Below, piece by piece: positions 38,686 to 50,639 of a stretch of 64,000 nt of DNA. The position numbers and the translations under genes are program-made. The notes below the pieces were generated by a model, which saw only the letters and a list, made by a program, of their open reading frames with translations, was not told where the DNA came from and did no database searches. The stretch's first letter is position 1. Each line of letters begins with the position of its first letter. The DNA comes from Mustelus asterias (lineage: Eukaryota), in contig NC_135813.1 in assembly GCF_964213995.1 (NCBI RefSeq), positions 60,264,001 to 60,328,000 of the forward strand, read 5' to 3'.

Positions 38686-39944
38686 TTTTTGTGAGGTTGT
38701 TTGATAACTATTGGGCACCAGGGCACCCTTGCTTTTCTTCAAGTTATCCTTTTAGATGCTTTATGCTCACCTGAGAGGACAAACAGAGCCTTGATGTTAA
38801 AAGTAATTCACATCTCATCATTAAAAAATTTGTTCTCACCACTACACTCAAATGCCAGCCTAGATTTAGTGCTCAACTGACTTAAAGTTTGAAAGAACTG
38901 TTAAGGAAATTGTATTTTATATATTTTGGAGCAAGTACAGTTTGAAGTTTTCTAGATTCTTGTGTGGGGAAACTGATAAACTGGCTCAGGTCAGTTATTC
39001 AATATGACAAAGAATTCATATTATTAGTAGATTGTGTTAGTAAATGGGCTTAGGAATCAAATTATTGTTGCAATTGAGAGATATGGCAAGAGGAAGGGTG
39101 GCAATAAGAAAAAGGATGGACTTGTTGGTAATATTAACCATACCCCATTCCAACTATTTCTTGCATTCCTTAATTTGTATTGGTTATTCCAATGCTCACG
39201 CACAGACAATAATTTACTTCAAATCATCAAAAGAACAGATGTGCACACAATAATCCAGAACAAATAGTGCACCAGTCTCATTCTCCAGATTCAAGCACTG
39301 TATCTGTTTGCCAGTGTAACCGGTTGATTAAAAGGAAGACTTGTATTTATACATCACCGTACACAACCACCAAAGCACAGTACAGCCAATTAAATACTTC
39401 TGATATCAGTCACTGTTGTAAGAAACACGGCAGCACATTATTTGTCCTCTTGCATATTTTATATTCTGCATTTTGAAAATGTTCCTCCCATTGTCAAAGT
39501 CAGGACCATTTATTGAAGAAACAAGGCTTCTAAGACCAACTCTTATGATAATCCAATTGAAAACCCTTTTCAAATTGAAAAGACAACAATCGGTTTCCTC
39601 TTGCTACATGAATTATCAATTTTAATCCATCACAGTGTATTCAGTAACTCCATACCCTTGCTGTTAATTGCCAGTGATCAAAATCGTGTTGAAATTACAA
39701 AAATATCACAATTCATTCCATTGTGAAAGGCGCTATATAAATGCAAGTTCGCTTGGGACAACTCCACAACATTTCCTTTTCCTCAGTCCATGATTTATGC
39801 TTTTTCAGATGTTTTAAATAGCTCATTGTTTCACATTATAAATTAAGTTACTAATTCCCATTTTTGAAGACTTTGGATGTTTGTTGTACAGATTGGTCTT
39901 AAAAATAGGTGTGTTTGCTGTATGTTTATTTTATAAGAACAAAA

Positions 39945-40340
39945 TACGTTGCGCCGTTAGTAATCTTATTTTCTTAACTTAGGAAAAACCCGGAAACAAA
40001 CCACTGGTTGTGAGTGTCTTTGCTCAGGTTCTTGACTGTGTGAGCTGGGAACATTAATCGTGTACTTTGCACCCGAGTCGGACTGTATTTCTGTGACAAC
40101 GAGTTGCTGCTACTGGTGCGCCGCTGAAGGTGACTCGGGTAGTGTGGAGACCGGGATTGGGGAGCTATTGGTGAGAGGAGGGAGAGAGTGGAAAAGGTGT
40201 GGACAAGGAGGCGCCGACTCTGGACGGTGAACATGTCCTGGATAATCCGGCCAGCCCTGATGTGAGTTTAGGAGAGGAGAGGCCTCGAATTCAAGTTGAG
40301 GGGCTTGTGAGTGCGTTTCACCGGTCACAAGCGTCAATCC
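39945..40340 (+). promoter_or_regulatory. Probable MRPL40 promoter/first-exon region (second CpG cluster)
   Basis: Non-repetitive, CpG-enriched segment upstream of MRPL40 exon 2; CCGGAA at 39990-39995; several GT donor-like sites. Confidence 0.55.
40233..40261 (+). CDS. MRPL40: MRPL40 candidate coding exon 1 (MSWIIRPALI)
   Basis: The only ATG I found in the CpG cluster that reaches a phase-2 GTGAGT donor (40262), as exon 2 requires; gives a 192-aa protein. No homology support because targeting peptides are poorly conserved. Confidence 0.4.
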
Positions 40341-40437
40341 CATGTAGAGGCTAGAAGCCCCCACAGTAAATAAAAGAACTTGCATTTATATAGCATATTC
40401 CACAACTTCTGGTGTCCCATTGTTGTAATGTAGGAAA

Positions 40438-40727
40438 TAAGTTTATTTACTAGTCACAAGTAGGCTTACATTCACACTGCAATGAAGTTACTGTGAAAAT
40501 CCCCTAGTCGCCACACTCCGGCGCCTGTTCGGGTACACTGAGGGAGAATTTGGCATAGCCAATGCACCTAACCAGCATGTCTTTTGGACTGTGGGAGGAA
40601 ACCCACGCAGACATGGGGGAAAACGTGCAGACCCTGCACAGTGATCCAAGCCGGGAATCAAACCTGGGTCCCTGGTGCTTTGAGGCAGCAGTGCTAACCA
40701 TTGTGGCATGTGTGGCTCCCAATTGGT
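40438..40727 (-). mobile_element. V-SINE with alternative tail
   Basis: Reverse complement of the 29137-29433 type. Confidence 0.88.
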
Positions 40728-40773
40728 GCACAGTAGGTTCCACGAAGAGCAAACAGCCTCATCTGTTCTTAGC

Positions 40774-40920
40774 AAAAAACTGCAGATGCTGAAATCTGAA
40801 ACAAAAATAAAAAGAGCCGGAAAAAGACAGCAGATCTGACAGCATCTGTGAAGAGAGAAGGCTCTACTCTCTCTCCACAGATGCTGTCTGACCTGCTGAG
40901 ATTTTCCAGTATTTTCTGTC
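40774..40920. mobile_element. Fold-back short element of the second family
   Basis: Inverted arms cagcagatctgacagcatctgtg / cacagatgctgtctgacctgctg; TSD CTTAGC at 40768-40773 and 40921-40926. Confidence 0.72.
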
Positions 40921-41019
40921 CTTAGCGATGTTGGTTGAGGATAAATATTGTACAGCAGAAAGTCCCTGCTCTTGGAATACATACTTTTCCTGTATCGTTC
41001 TGAGAAAGTGGGCTGCATC

Positions 41020-41185
41020 TGAGCTGAATGTTTCACCTGAATGGCAGCATCTCCTGCCAGCAGTACAGTACATTCCTTCAGTACTGCACTACTACAGTGC
41101 CAGCCTGCATTGTGGTCTTGTGTCTCTTGAACTGAGTTTGAACTGCCAACTCAGAGGTGAGCGTCCTACCATTGAGCCAGTGGTG
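41020..41185 (-). mobile_element. Old SINE relic (DeuSINE/SacSINE1-like)
   Basis: cagtactgcact...gccagcct...ttgaac...ctcagaggtgag...ctacca..gagcc pattern with a tRNA-like head on the minus strand; recognised from memory only. Confidence 0.5.
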
Positions 41186-42103
41186 AGGTTTGGTAGGATT
41201 GTTGGAGTCAACTGAATGTATTGCCTTAAAGGTAGCTTCTAGGCATGTTTTGAAGGGAGTAAAGCAAGTTACAGGACAGGGAGTTTAAGGACAGAGTCTC
41301 ATCACTGATGGGAAGTTGAGTGGAAGTAACTTAGAGATTTCGGAGAGAGTCTGGAGTGGAAGCTGTGTAAAGGAGAACAAAAATGCTAAATTCAGTGAAT
41401 TGACAAATGACCTGTGGAGGATAGGAAGGTGATGAATTTATGTAGAGTGGAACATAAGAGGCTGGCTACGAACAAGTCAGAGTTCACTAGAGAATGAGCG
41501 AATATTTCAGCATCAGTGAGGTTGAGGCCAAGGCTGAGCTGGACAATGTTGCAGCGGAGAATAAGTCATTGTTGGTGAGGGATAAAACTCAGTTCCAGAC
41601 CAATCGGGAGACTGCATTGTTCAGCCAGAGAGCAAGAGATAGTTTTGTGGCAAGGGTACAGGCTTCTGACTGGGGTTGAATAACTTTTTCCACTGCTAAT
41701 TTGCAGAAACTTTCTACTTTATTCGGGCAAGCAGTCTAACAGCATATTAGTGCATGTGAAGTTCACACTGGCAAAAAATGGGCACAACCCAGTGTTCATC
41801 AGTATCTATGTGGTTGATCAAGAGTTGTGGAGGTACAATTGCTTAAAGCAGACTTGAGTATTGACAAAAAAGATGTGCTGTCAAAGCTTTTGAATTGCAT
41901 TTTTCGAGACGGAAAGCCTCAAAAGTAGACTTTTTATCCCTGATTTCTTAGAGGTTAGCTTTTGACTTCTTCCACTTTTGTTATGAGTGAGACCAGCTGC
42001 TAGGAGGAGGGATTAACTTTATTAAAGCAGCAACTGTTAAACTCCGGGACATATGTATGGGTCTCATAATTCATCTGGAACATTGTCTTTCCTTCTCTTC
42101 CAG

Positions 42104-42187
42104 TCCTTGTTCAGTGTGGAATGCTTCTGCTCGATATAGTCACTGGCGGACGACCCTGCTGGCACTCAGAGAATCCTTACCAATGAG
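42104..42187 (+). CDS. MRPL40: MRPL40 exon 2 (PCSVWNASARYSHWRTTLLALRESLPMR)
   Basis: 84 nt after a long pyrimidine tract and cag; gtatag donor; ends in ...LPMR, which joins AEPKKKKK of the next exon in frame. Confidence 0.9.
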
Positions 42188-43298
42188 GTATAGTATATGT
42201 TAGGACAGGCTGCAATTCTTCTTGCCTGGGTTCATATGGAACAAACCTCTACCCATTATATTAGTCTGGCATATTGTGGTTTAATAGAAGCTTATCAAAG
42301 CCTTGCTGAAAGGGCAAGACCCTTGTGAGGTTATTCTTCCTTATAGAATTAAATTGTCTGCTAACACTCATCATTAAGACTCATATATGTATAACGCCCA
42401 CTAGAGTGAGGTACTGGTAGATGGCATGGCTGTATATAAACACTTCAAGTTTTAAAAATCTTATCCTCTTGTTCAACTTCCTCCATAAGCTTGCCCTTCC
42501 ATATCTCGATATCGTCTTGCAGCCCTGTCTAAGAACTCTTGCATTCCTCAAAATCTGGTCTCTTGTGCATCCCCAGTTCCTTTGCCCATCATTGAAGCTG
42601 TGACTTCAGCCATCTGGGTCCTAAGATTTGGAATTCCCTCCAAAAGTCTCTTCACCTCCCCACCTTTCATTTCTTCTTTGGATCAATGTCAATTTTTGTC
42701 CGATTATTCTCTTGTGAAGCCATCTGGGATGTTTTTGTAATAGAAATGAAATAGAATAAAAACCTACGACAGCTGAAATTTTCAATGTGTTCATGAGGAA
42801 GAACTTCTGTATCAGTTTCTGTATGTTAAATTTGAAATCATTAAATTGCCTGAATCATCATTTGAATACATTAGTGTTTGAAAGGATAAATCATGCAAAA
42901 AAACATACTTGATTTGTACACCGATTAAAGAATGGCTGAATTAATTAATATTGCCTCATGATACTTTTGGGAAGTAATACAGCAGAAAAGGGAAAGCAAA
43001 ATACTGTGGATGCTGGAAATCTAAAAAGGAAATTGCAGTACTTAGTGGTGAATATCGCTTTCTTTTAAGTACCAATTTCTGATCTTGCCCTTCAGGAGCA
43101 AAATGCATTTCAAGGGATGGGTTAGAGAATATCACCCAGGCTGCTCTCAACCATTTTGAGGCAAATTCATTTACTGGCAAAGGTCAGGAAGCAGAAAGTA
43201 TGGGTGCTCTGAATTAATCCATCACATTTAGGGAACAGGAGATGTCAAAATAGCGAGTGTTTAAAAGAAAATGTGACATAAAAGTTCTTTCCTTTAAG

Positions 43299-43566
43299 AG
43301 GCAGCACGGTGGCACAGTGGTTAGCACTGCTGCCTCACAGTGCCAGGGGCCCAGGTTCAATTCCTGCCTCAGGTGACTGTCGGTGTGGAGTTTGCACGTT
43401 CGCCCCGTGTCTGTGTGGGTTTCTTCCGGGTACTCCGGTTTCCTCCCAGAGTCCAAAGATCTGCAGGTTAGGTTGATTGGCCATACTAAATTGCCCCTAG
43501 TGTCAGGGGGATTGGCGGGGTAAATATGTGGGATGGCCTCCTTCTGCACTGTAGGGAATCTATGAT
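43299..43566 (+). mobile_element. V-SINE (HE1-type), internal deletion in tail
   Basis: Head and V-domain as above. Confidence 0.88.
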
Positions 43567-43832
43567 GCCTCTGCCTGAAATTCTTGTATCAAATGGGTGT
43601 TGTGTTGCACTGAACGAGCCTGGGCCTGTGATTTCTACCTGATGTAATCCCAGCTTTCATTGCTTTTACTGGGGAAAAATCGAAGGAAAGTTAGAGGTAT
43701 TGCTGCCCCATCTCTGTACTTCCTGGGCTGGATTAAAATGGCCACAGCATCTCATTGCTAGGGAGGGATGCCTGGGAGACAAAAATGTAGCCAAAATTAT
43801 TTCCTCTCTATTTGTGTGAATTTGTTTTCCAG

Positions 43833-43988
43833 AGCTGAACCGAAGAAAAAGAAGAAAGTGGACCCCAAGAGAGAACAGGCAGCAAGAGAACGTCTGAGAA
43901 AAAGACTGAAAAAATTGGAACGTGTTCCTCCAGAGCTGATCCCAATCGAAGATTTCATCACTCCAACCAAGTTCCTCGATGAATCCAG
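43833..43988 (+). CDS. MRPL40: MRPL40 exon 3 (AEPKKKKKVDPKREQAARERLRKRLKKLERVPPELIPIEDFITPTKFLDESR)
   Basis: 156 nt; ttccag/gtccgt ends; diagnostic mL40 motifs KKKVDPK and ELIPIEDFITP. Confidence 0.96.
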
Positions 43989-45154
43989 GTCCGTGTGAAC
44001 TAAGACATAAATCCAAAAGATTCATTGTTCCCAAAGGGAAAAATGACCGTCCATCATTGTCTAGTTGGGGTGGGGAGTTAGGTTCCTTTGTGGTTGTGTT
44101 TTCTTTTGCTGTTTGTCATGTTTTTAAAATTATTGCAATGGCAATAAGAAATTCAATTTTCCCAGATTTAAACATCCCAAATTCAAGCCAATATTCGAGA
44201 CATATTATAGCCTCTCAAAGGCCACAGTTCCTTTTATTCACTCATGGGATGCGGATATCACTTTCCGGGGCAGCATATTACCCATTCGTTCTTGCCCTTC
44301 AGAATATGGTGGTGAGCCACCTTGTAGAACTGCTGAAGTCCTTTGTGGTGTTGTTACATCCACAGAGCTTAAACAAAGTTTAAGTATTACCAGTGTACAT
44401 TTAAACACTCGTTTAATCCAGCCATTTGGCTTCACAATGCTGCTTCTCAAGAGGCTCTTTCAGTAACTGGATATCTGATAAATGCAGAAACTCACCAATG
44501 TACTTATGAATATCCTGTGAAATCCATATTAGTAACTGAAGTTTATACTTGTCATAATTATGAATGAGAAGTCGAATTGTATGTGCAGAGGTCTTGTTGA
44601 TACAATTTGCACAGAAACGGACTAATCCAAAACTTAGTTAAATCCAGTTCCAATGCTGGGAGCAGGATGCCCAATTATTAAAGCCTGGGTTGTGATTTGT
44701 TTTTTAATATTGTTGGTAAGAGTTTATTTTCAGACCTAGACTTTCATTTTGTTTAATTGGAATATTTTTGTGTCATCGCGATTATATATCTTGCTCCAGC
44801 AAGAAAAAATCAGTGGATCTAACATCTGGGCTGGGGAGAGAGGCATAGGTATAAATGAACAAAAATAAATATGAAGTAAGAGGGGATGGCGGTATGAGAT
44901 TTAGATGAGAGGTAGAGGGAGTGAGTGCAAATGAAGACAGAACAGTGAATCCAGGATGACTTATTTGGCGCAAGAAATTTATCATTCAGCCATCCACCGG
45001 TCAATGCAAAGCAGGGCTTTTGTGTATCTGAAATCCTAGTTTTAGCTCAACTGATGGCCCTCTGAACTCGTAATTTAAAACACTCTGTTCAGCTATTGTC
45101 CTTTGCATGATCCATTAAAATTGAAACTCTGCTCCAAGATACGTAAAAGATACC

Positions 45155-45895
45155 ATGGCAGGAGATTATCATCGACTTCAGGAAGCGTAGTGGAGAACAT
45201 GCCCCTTTTCTATATCAACAGGGATGGAGAGAAATGGTCGAAAGCTTTAGGTTTTAAGGTATCCAGATTACCAACAATCTGTCCTGGTCCCCCCATGCCA
45301 ACACTATAGTTAAGAAAGTCCATCAACGCCTCTATTTTCTCAAAAGACTAAGGAAATTTGGCATGTCAGCTATGACTCTCACCAACTTTTGCAGATACAC
45401 CATAGAAAGCATTCTTTCTGGTTGTATCATAGCTTGGTATGGCTCCTGCTCTGCCCAAGACTGCAAGAAACTACAAAAAGTTGTGAATGTAGCCCAATCC
45501 ATCACGCAAACCAGCCTCCCATCCATTTACTCGGTCTACACTTCCCGCTGCCTCGGCAAAGCAGCCAGCATAATTAACGGCCCCACACACCCCAGACATA
45601 CTCTCTTCCACCTTCTTCCGTGGGGAAAAAGTACATGGCCTCAGAAAAAAATACGAAAGTCTCAGGTCACGTACCAACTGACTCAAGAACAGCTTCTTCC
45701 CCGCTGCCATCAGACTTTTGAATGGACCTACCTCGCATTAAGTTGATCTTTCTTTACACCCTAGCGATGACTGTAACACTACATTGTGCACTCTTGCGTT
45801 TCCTTCTCTAGGAACGGTGTGCTTTGTCTGTATAGCGCACAAGAAACAATACTTCTCACTGTACAGTAATACATGCGACCATAAATCAAATCACA
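45155..45895 (+). mobile_element. Rex1-like LINE 3' fragment
   Basis: FLKRLRKFGMSAMTLTNFCRYTIESILSGCI; 3' UTR ending aaatcaaatca; same family as 59761-60530. Confidence 0.85.
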
Positions 45896-47312
45896 ATTTC
45901 GAAAAATAGGAATTCTCTCTGGTGCCCCGGTCAATATTTATAACTCAATCTTTTAATTAGCTGAAAATGTAGTGACTCTTGTAACCAAACACAATGACCA
46001 TTTTGTACACAGCATGATTCCACAAGCAATAAATTAGATGAATGGCTTGCCAATTTATTCTTTGTTATATTTTTAAGGGAAGGCACAAGAACTTGCTGCT
46101 GTTCTCTATCTAATACAAATGGGATTCTTACTGCTGCCCTGACCAATTAATATCATTAATCTTCAATTAATTTCACAAACAGATTCCCATTATTGTCATG
46201 TTCCTGTTTGTGGAAGCTTGCTGTGCACAAATTGGCTGCTGCATTTCCTACATTGGAATAGTGACTACACTTCAAGTACTTAATTGGCTGTAAAATGCTT
46301 AGGGATGCCTGGGATCATGGAATTATGTAAATGTAAGGCTTTATTTATTTCCTGAGTTAAGACATTGAACTGAGACTATCTGTCCAAAACAGTCTCCAAA
46401 TCCCATTTTCTATTAGTTGAAGAAGAACGGTGAGTTTTGCTGACCTCTCTTAATCAACATTACCAATGACAGATTGGCAGGTCATTCATCTCATTATTGT
46501 TCATGGAATCTTGTACACAAAATGTTTGCTGTTTTTGGTTGCAGTCTTTCAAGTAATTAAATGTATGCAGCGCTGTGGAAGATTTGGGCCAATATTTCTC
46601 AGAAATATCTCCGTGTCCAGATGATCAGAGATTGGATCTAAGTTGGAAAGTTCATGTCAGGATCCTGAGGAAGTCCCAACATGCAGACATGCGCTGAAAC
46701 TGACCTGGAAGTGTAAACTTTCAATGGGCTGATTTGTGCTGCCCTCAACCCTCTGTGAAAGTCTCTGATACTGAGCTCAGTGCCAGATGAGTGAAACTTA
46801 GCTGCATACTTGCCCTGAAAATGTTACACTGGTTAATGCCAGGTCTGACTCCATTATTGGCCAGCTGAGCACCGTAACTGACCCTACCCCATCCAACCCC
46901 AAAACCACCCACACCAAATCACCTCCCCAATCCTACCACCCAGTCCTCGACTCTACTACCCTCACCCACTCACTAACCCACTCACCTACTGAAAGACTTG
47001 AGATTTAAAAAAATTTAACGTGAATATGGTAGCTACTGTTGTAAACAGGGGCAGGTGCTGGCTTTGTCCGTCATTTCTCGTATTTGGATGTCTGCGCTGA
47101 CCCATTGATGCTTTAGCTGGGATCAGGAAAAATGCAAAAAGGTCAGTTTTCAGGAATTCTCAGGCATGGACACTGACTGGAAGATCTGGATCAGTATTTA
47201 TAAATGTAGATGTTAACAGATTGTATTGGTCCAGGTCAGACTGCAACATGAACAACATGTTAAATAACGAAGCGCACAGCCTGCAGTAAAGTTTTGTACG
47301 TTTTGCCTACAG

Positions 47313-47622
47313 AGTCAGAGATCCTCCGAAGCTGCCAGTGGAAGAGAGCGAGAGGCGAGCACTTCTGATGAAGGAATGGTCACGTTACAAGCAAAAAGAA
47401 CATGAAAAGGAAGCTGAAATGATCCAGTCCGTGATTGAGGCACAGCAACAGGCCCTTCAGGAACTGCGACTGGAATCGGAAGAGTTGTACCAGGCTGCCA
47501 TTAAACGGGACCAAGAACTGTTTCCATTAGAGTTACAGGGATGTAGTTTTACTCCTCCCATAGTTAACTATGAAGCACCTGATGGGAAATACAGAGATAT
47601 CACAAAAGTGTATACACAGTGA
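47313..47622 (+). CDS. MRPL40: MRPL40 last exon (VRDPPKLPVEESERRALLMKEWSRYK...YEAPDGKYRDITKVYTQ*)
   Basis: ctacag acceptor; 310 nt to TGA; mL40 C-terminal motifs ERRALLxKxWS and PxGxYxDITKVYTQ. Confidence 0.97.
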
Positions 47623-47776
47623 CATGTCTGACATCCTTGCTGCTTTTGGGTTGTCTTTAAGTTAGTTAATTTTTCTAAAAAATGAATATTGACATGTAAA
47701 TATACCACACTGCTGCAGCATTACTGTGCATATCATGCTTATAATATACAAATTTCCAGAAATGATACTGGGTTTT

Positions 47777-47782
47777 ATTAAA
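47777..47782 (+). terminator. Candidate MRPL40 polyadenylation signal (ATTAAA)
   Basis: ATTAAA about 155 nt after the stop, followed by T-rich sequence. Confidence 0.45.
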
Positions 47783-48594
47783 TTAGCTTTGTTAATTTTT
47801 CCTTAATAGTTTTCACCTTTATTGCATTGTGGCAATATCCTTTCTTCTGACCAGGTGCCTTTATTCATATTACACTTTGGGTATAGTCTTAACACCAATA
47901 TGTTGTCAGGTGACTTCAGTAGTCATCACAAAAATGTGAATTCCTCCATAATTAAATTGATTATACAAGTAGCATAGGATTCACTGGCAGAAACGTGTTT
48001 TCCAGTGCCTGTATTGTGCTGTACTAGTCACTTTATGCAAATTTACTTTGCACACAATTTTTCTCCCTTTCCAGGGGTCACTGCAGTAGAATTTCAACTT
48101 TTCATCAGGATGTAAGCTTCCCTCGTTTGTAGCTGTTTCCTGTTGATGGCATAATAGTACCTAGTATTGCACCATTTATTGTGTTGCTATTCATTTGTGG
48201 GATGTGTCATCGTGGGCAATAAATGTTGGCCTTGCCATCGAACAGGTGGGGATGAAGCAGCCACCTCTGCAGTCTGTGGTGTAGCTACACCTAGAATGCT
48301 ATTAGGAATTTACTTAAGCAATATCTTGTATGAGCATGCAAAAATTCCACAAACTTGTGTTTCTCAATATTCTTCTTCTAAGGAAAAAGAATGTGGTTTC
48401 AAGTTCCTCTTCAACTTTGACATGTGGCATTTCTCTGACTCTCTGCTTGAGTAAGTGCCCTGAATTTCTACAGGGGCTCTCCCATTTTCTTGTGTATACT
48501 TGGATGGTAGATTTCTCAGAAGTGGCATAAATAACTTTCACAATTTCTCCTAAGCACGGCTGATCTGCAAAGTTGCAGCATGAAATTGGGAGGA

Positions 48595-49359
48595 CATAAG
48601 AACATAGAACATAAGAAATAGGAGCAGGAGTAGGCCATCTAGCCCCTCGAGCCTGCCCCGCCATTCAATAAGATCATGGCTGATCTGACGTGGATCAGTA
48701 CCACTTACCCGCCTGATCCCCATAACCCTTAATTCCCTTACCGATCAGGAATCCATCCATCCGCGCTTTAAACATATTCAGCGAGGTAGCCTCCACCACC
48801 TCAGTGGGCAGAGAATTCCAGAGATTCACCACCCTCTGGGAGAAGAAGTTCCTCCTCAACTCTGTCTTAAACCGACCCCCCTTTATTTTGAGGCTGTGTC
48901 CTCTAGTTTTAACTTCCTTACTAAGTGGAAAGAATCTCTCCGCCTCCACCCTATCCAGCCCCCGCATTATCTTATAAGTCTCCATAAGATCCCCCCTCAT
49001 CCTTCTAAACTCCAACGAGTACAAACCCAATCTCCTCAGCCTCTCCTCATAATCCAAACCCCTCATCTCCGGTATCAACCTGGTGAACCTTCTCTGCACT
49101 CCCTCCAATGCCAATACATCCTTCCTCATATAAGGGGACCAATACTGCACACAGTATTCCAGCTGCGGCCTCCCCAATGCCCTGTACAGGTGCATCAAGA
49201 CATCCCTGCTTTTATATTCCATCCCCCTCGCAATATAGGCCAACATCCCATTTGCCTTCTTGATCACCTGTTGTACCTGCGGACTGGGCTTTTGCGTCTC
49301 ATGCACAAGGACCCCCAGGTCCCTTTGCACGGTAGCATGTTTTAATTTGCACGGTAGCA
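48595..49359 (-). mobile_element. Young CR1 LINE, 5'-truncated, between the MRPL40 and C22orf39 3' ends
   Basis: Open ORF2 C-terminus 48695-49340; (TATGTTCT)n-type tail; duplicated 14-mer at the 5' junction. Confidence 0.93.
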
Positions 49360-49584
49360 GAAATTCAGGGTTGATGTATTTAACCTTCTCTGTCAAACTG
49401 GTTTAAGTGTAAATCTTTGCCTGTGCCTTTCTTTGCACCAGTTCCTCACCCAAACTAGTGTCTAATAATCTCAACTGTAATCTCCATTACAATTCAGTCT
49501 TGGCAAGCTCTCCAACAGGCAGCTGTTAAACAAAGTGTATCAACAATCACAGGTGTAAAATAAGCATTTGTAAAATGTTAACAG

Positions 49585-49594
49585 TTTATTTATT
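49585..49594 (-). terminator. C22orf39 polyadenylation signal (two overlapping AATAAA)
   Basis: + strand tttatttatt equals AATAAATAAA on the minus strand, about 270 nt past the stop. Confidence 0.65.
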
Positions 49595-49864
49595 GAACGC
49601 AGAACTTTACTGCAACAGGGTGTGTCATGGCGACAGTTACGTATCAACATTCTGATTACCAGATGCAAGACAGAAGGTGTACAGTTCCTCCCAAAGTGAA
49701 TCCATATTAACTGATAGTCCTCAGACTCTGAGAAAGCTGCTTCCATTTGGGTCCTTCTAAATCCAAATATTATTGGGTGCACAGCAGGGAGGTGCTTACA
49801 CGGGCCCAATTACACCATATCCCAACATCCAGCAGCTTGTGACACAGGGTATGATCAATTCTCA

Positions 49865-49990
49865 CTATTTCTCTTTTCCGTCACTTAAGGGCAGATGCCA
49901 TTCAGCTGGTGGATTATTCCTCATCTCCCAGATTGGATGGTGCCGCTGTTGTTCTTGTAACCTCCTCTTCTCACTCTCACATAAAGCTTT
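49865..49990 (-). CDS. C22orf39: C22orf39 last exon (KALCESEKRRLQEQQRHHPIWEMRNNPPAEWHLPLSDGKEK*)
   Basis: Translated by hand; tttacag acceptor; LCESE and W..R..PP..WHLPL motifs; TAG stop followed by TGA; total protein 105 aa. Confidence 0.94.
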   Translation of the reverse strand, partial: KALCESEKRRLQEQQRHHPIWEMRNNPPAEWHLPLSDGKEK

Positions 49991-50639
49991 CTGTAAATTT
50001 AAAACAATTTAGTTAGATCCACATTTGCAGCATCTTATGGCTAAAAGCCAAACCTGTGGAAAAAAGCATATATATTGCATGGAAGATAAGCTTCCAACCT
50101 AACTATTCATGCCATAATTTTAGTTCAGTCGGGCAGCATGGTTGGTGCAGGCTTGGAGGGCCGAAGGGCCTGTTCCTGTGCTGTAATTTTCTTTGTTATC
50201 ACGAGGGCCACCCCCATCTCAGCTCATTCATGCCTTGGCTACTTCTGGACTTAACTATTTTAATGTGCTCATCTTAACTCCCACATTGTACCCTCTGTAT
50301 ATTTGGTCATTCAAAAGTATGCTGCCCATATTTAACTCGTACTAAGTCCCATTCACCTATCACCCTTGTGCTCACAGACATACATTGGCTTCCAGTGAAA
50401 CAATGTCTTGATTTTAAAATTCTCAAATCCCTCAATGGCCTCACCCCTCCACATCTCTAATCTCCTCCAGCCCCATGACCTTGGAGACAGTTGTGCTCCT
50501 CTAATTCTGGCCTTTCTGCATTTGATTCTGCTCAAAGAATCAAGATGCCACCGAGCGTGGGGACTTCTTACAAGCTGTGCCCAGCATACTCTCTAATTCT
50601 ATCTTTTACTCTCATTCCATACTTTTAAAACTTTACTCT

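Noticed and set aside
39044-39253. MGLGIKLLLQLRDMARGR ORF as MRPL40 exon 1
   Set aside because: AT-rich, CpG-poor context, and the best donor (TTG|GTAATA) is phase 0, incompatible with exon 2.
41041-41130. ATGGCAGCATCTCC... (MAASPASS) as MRPL40 exon 1
   Set aside because: Lies within an old SINE relic, and I found no convincing phase-2 donor before its stop.
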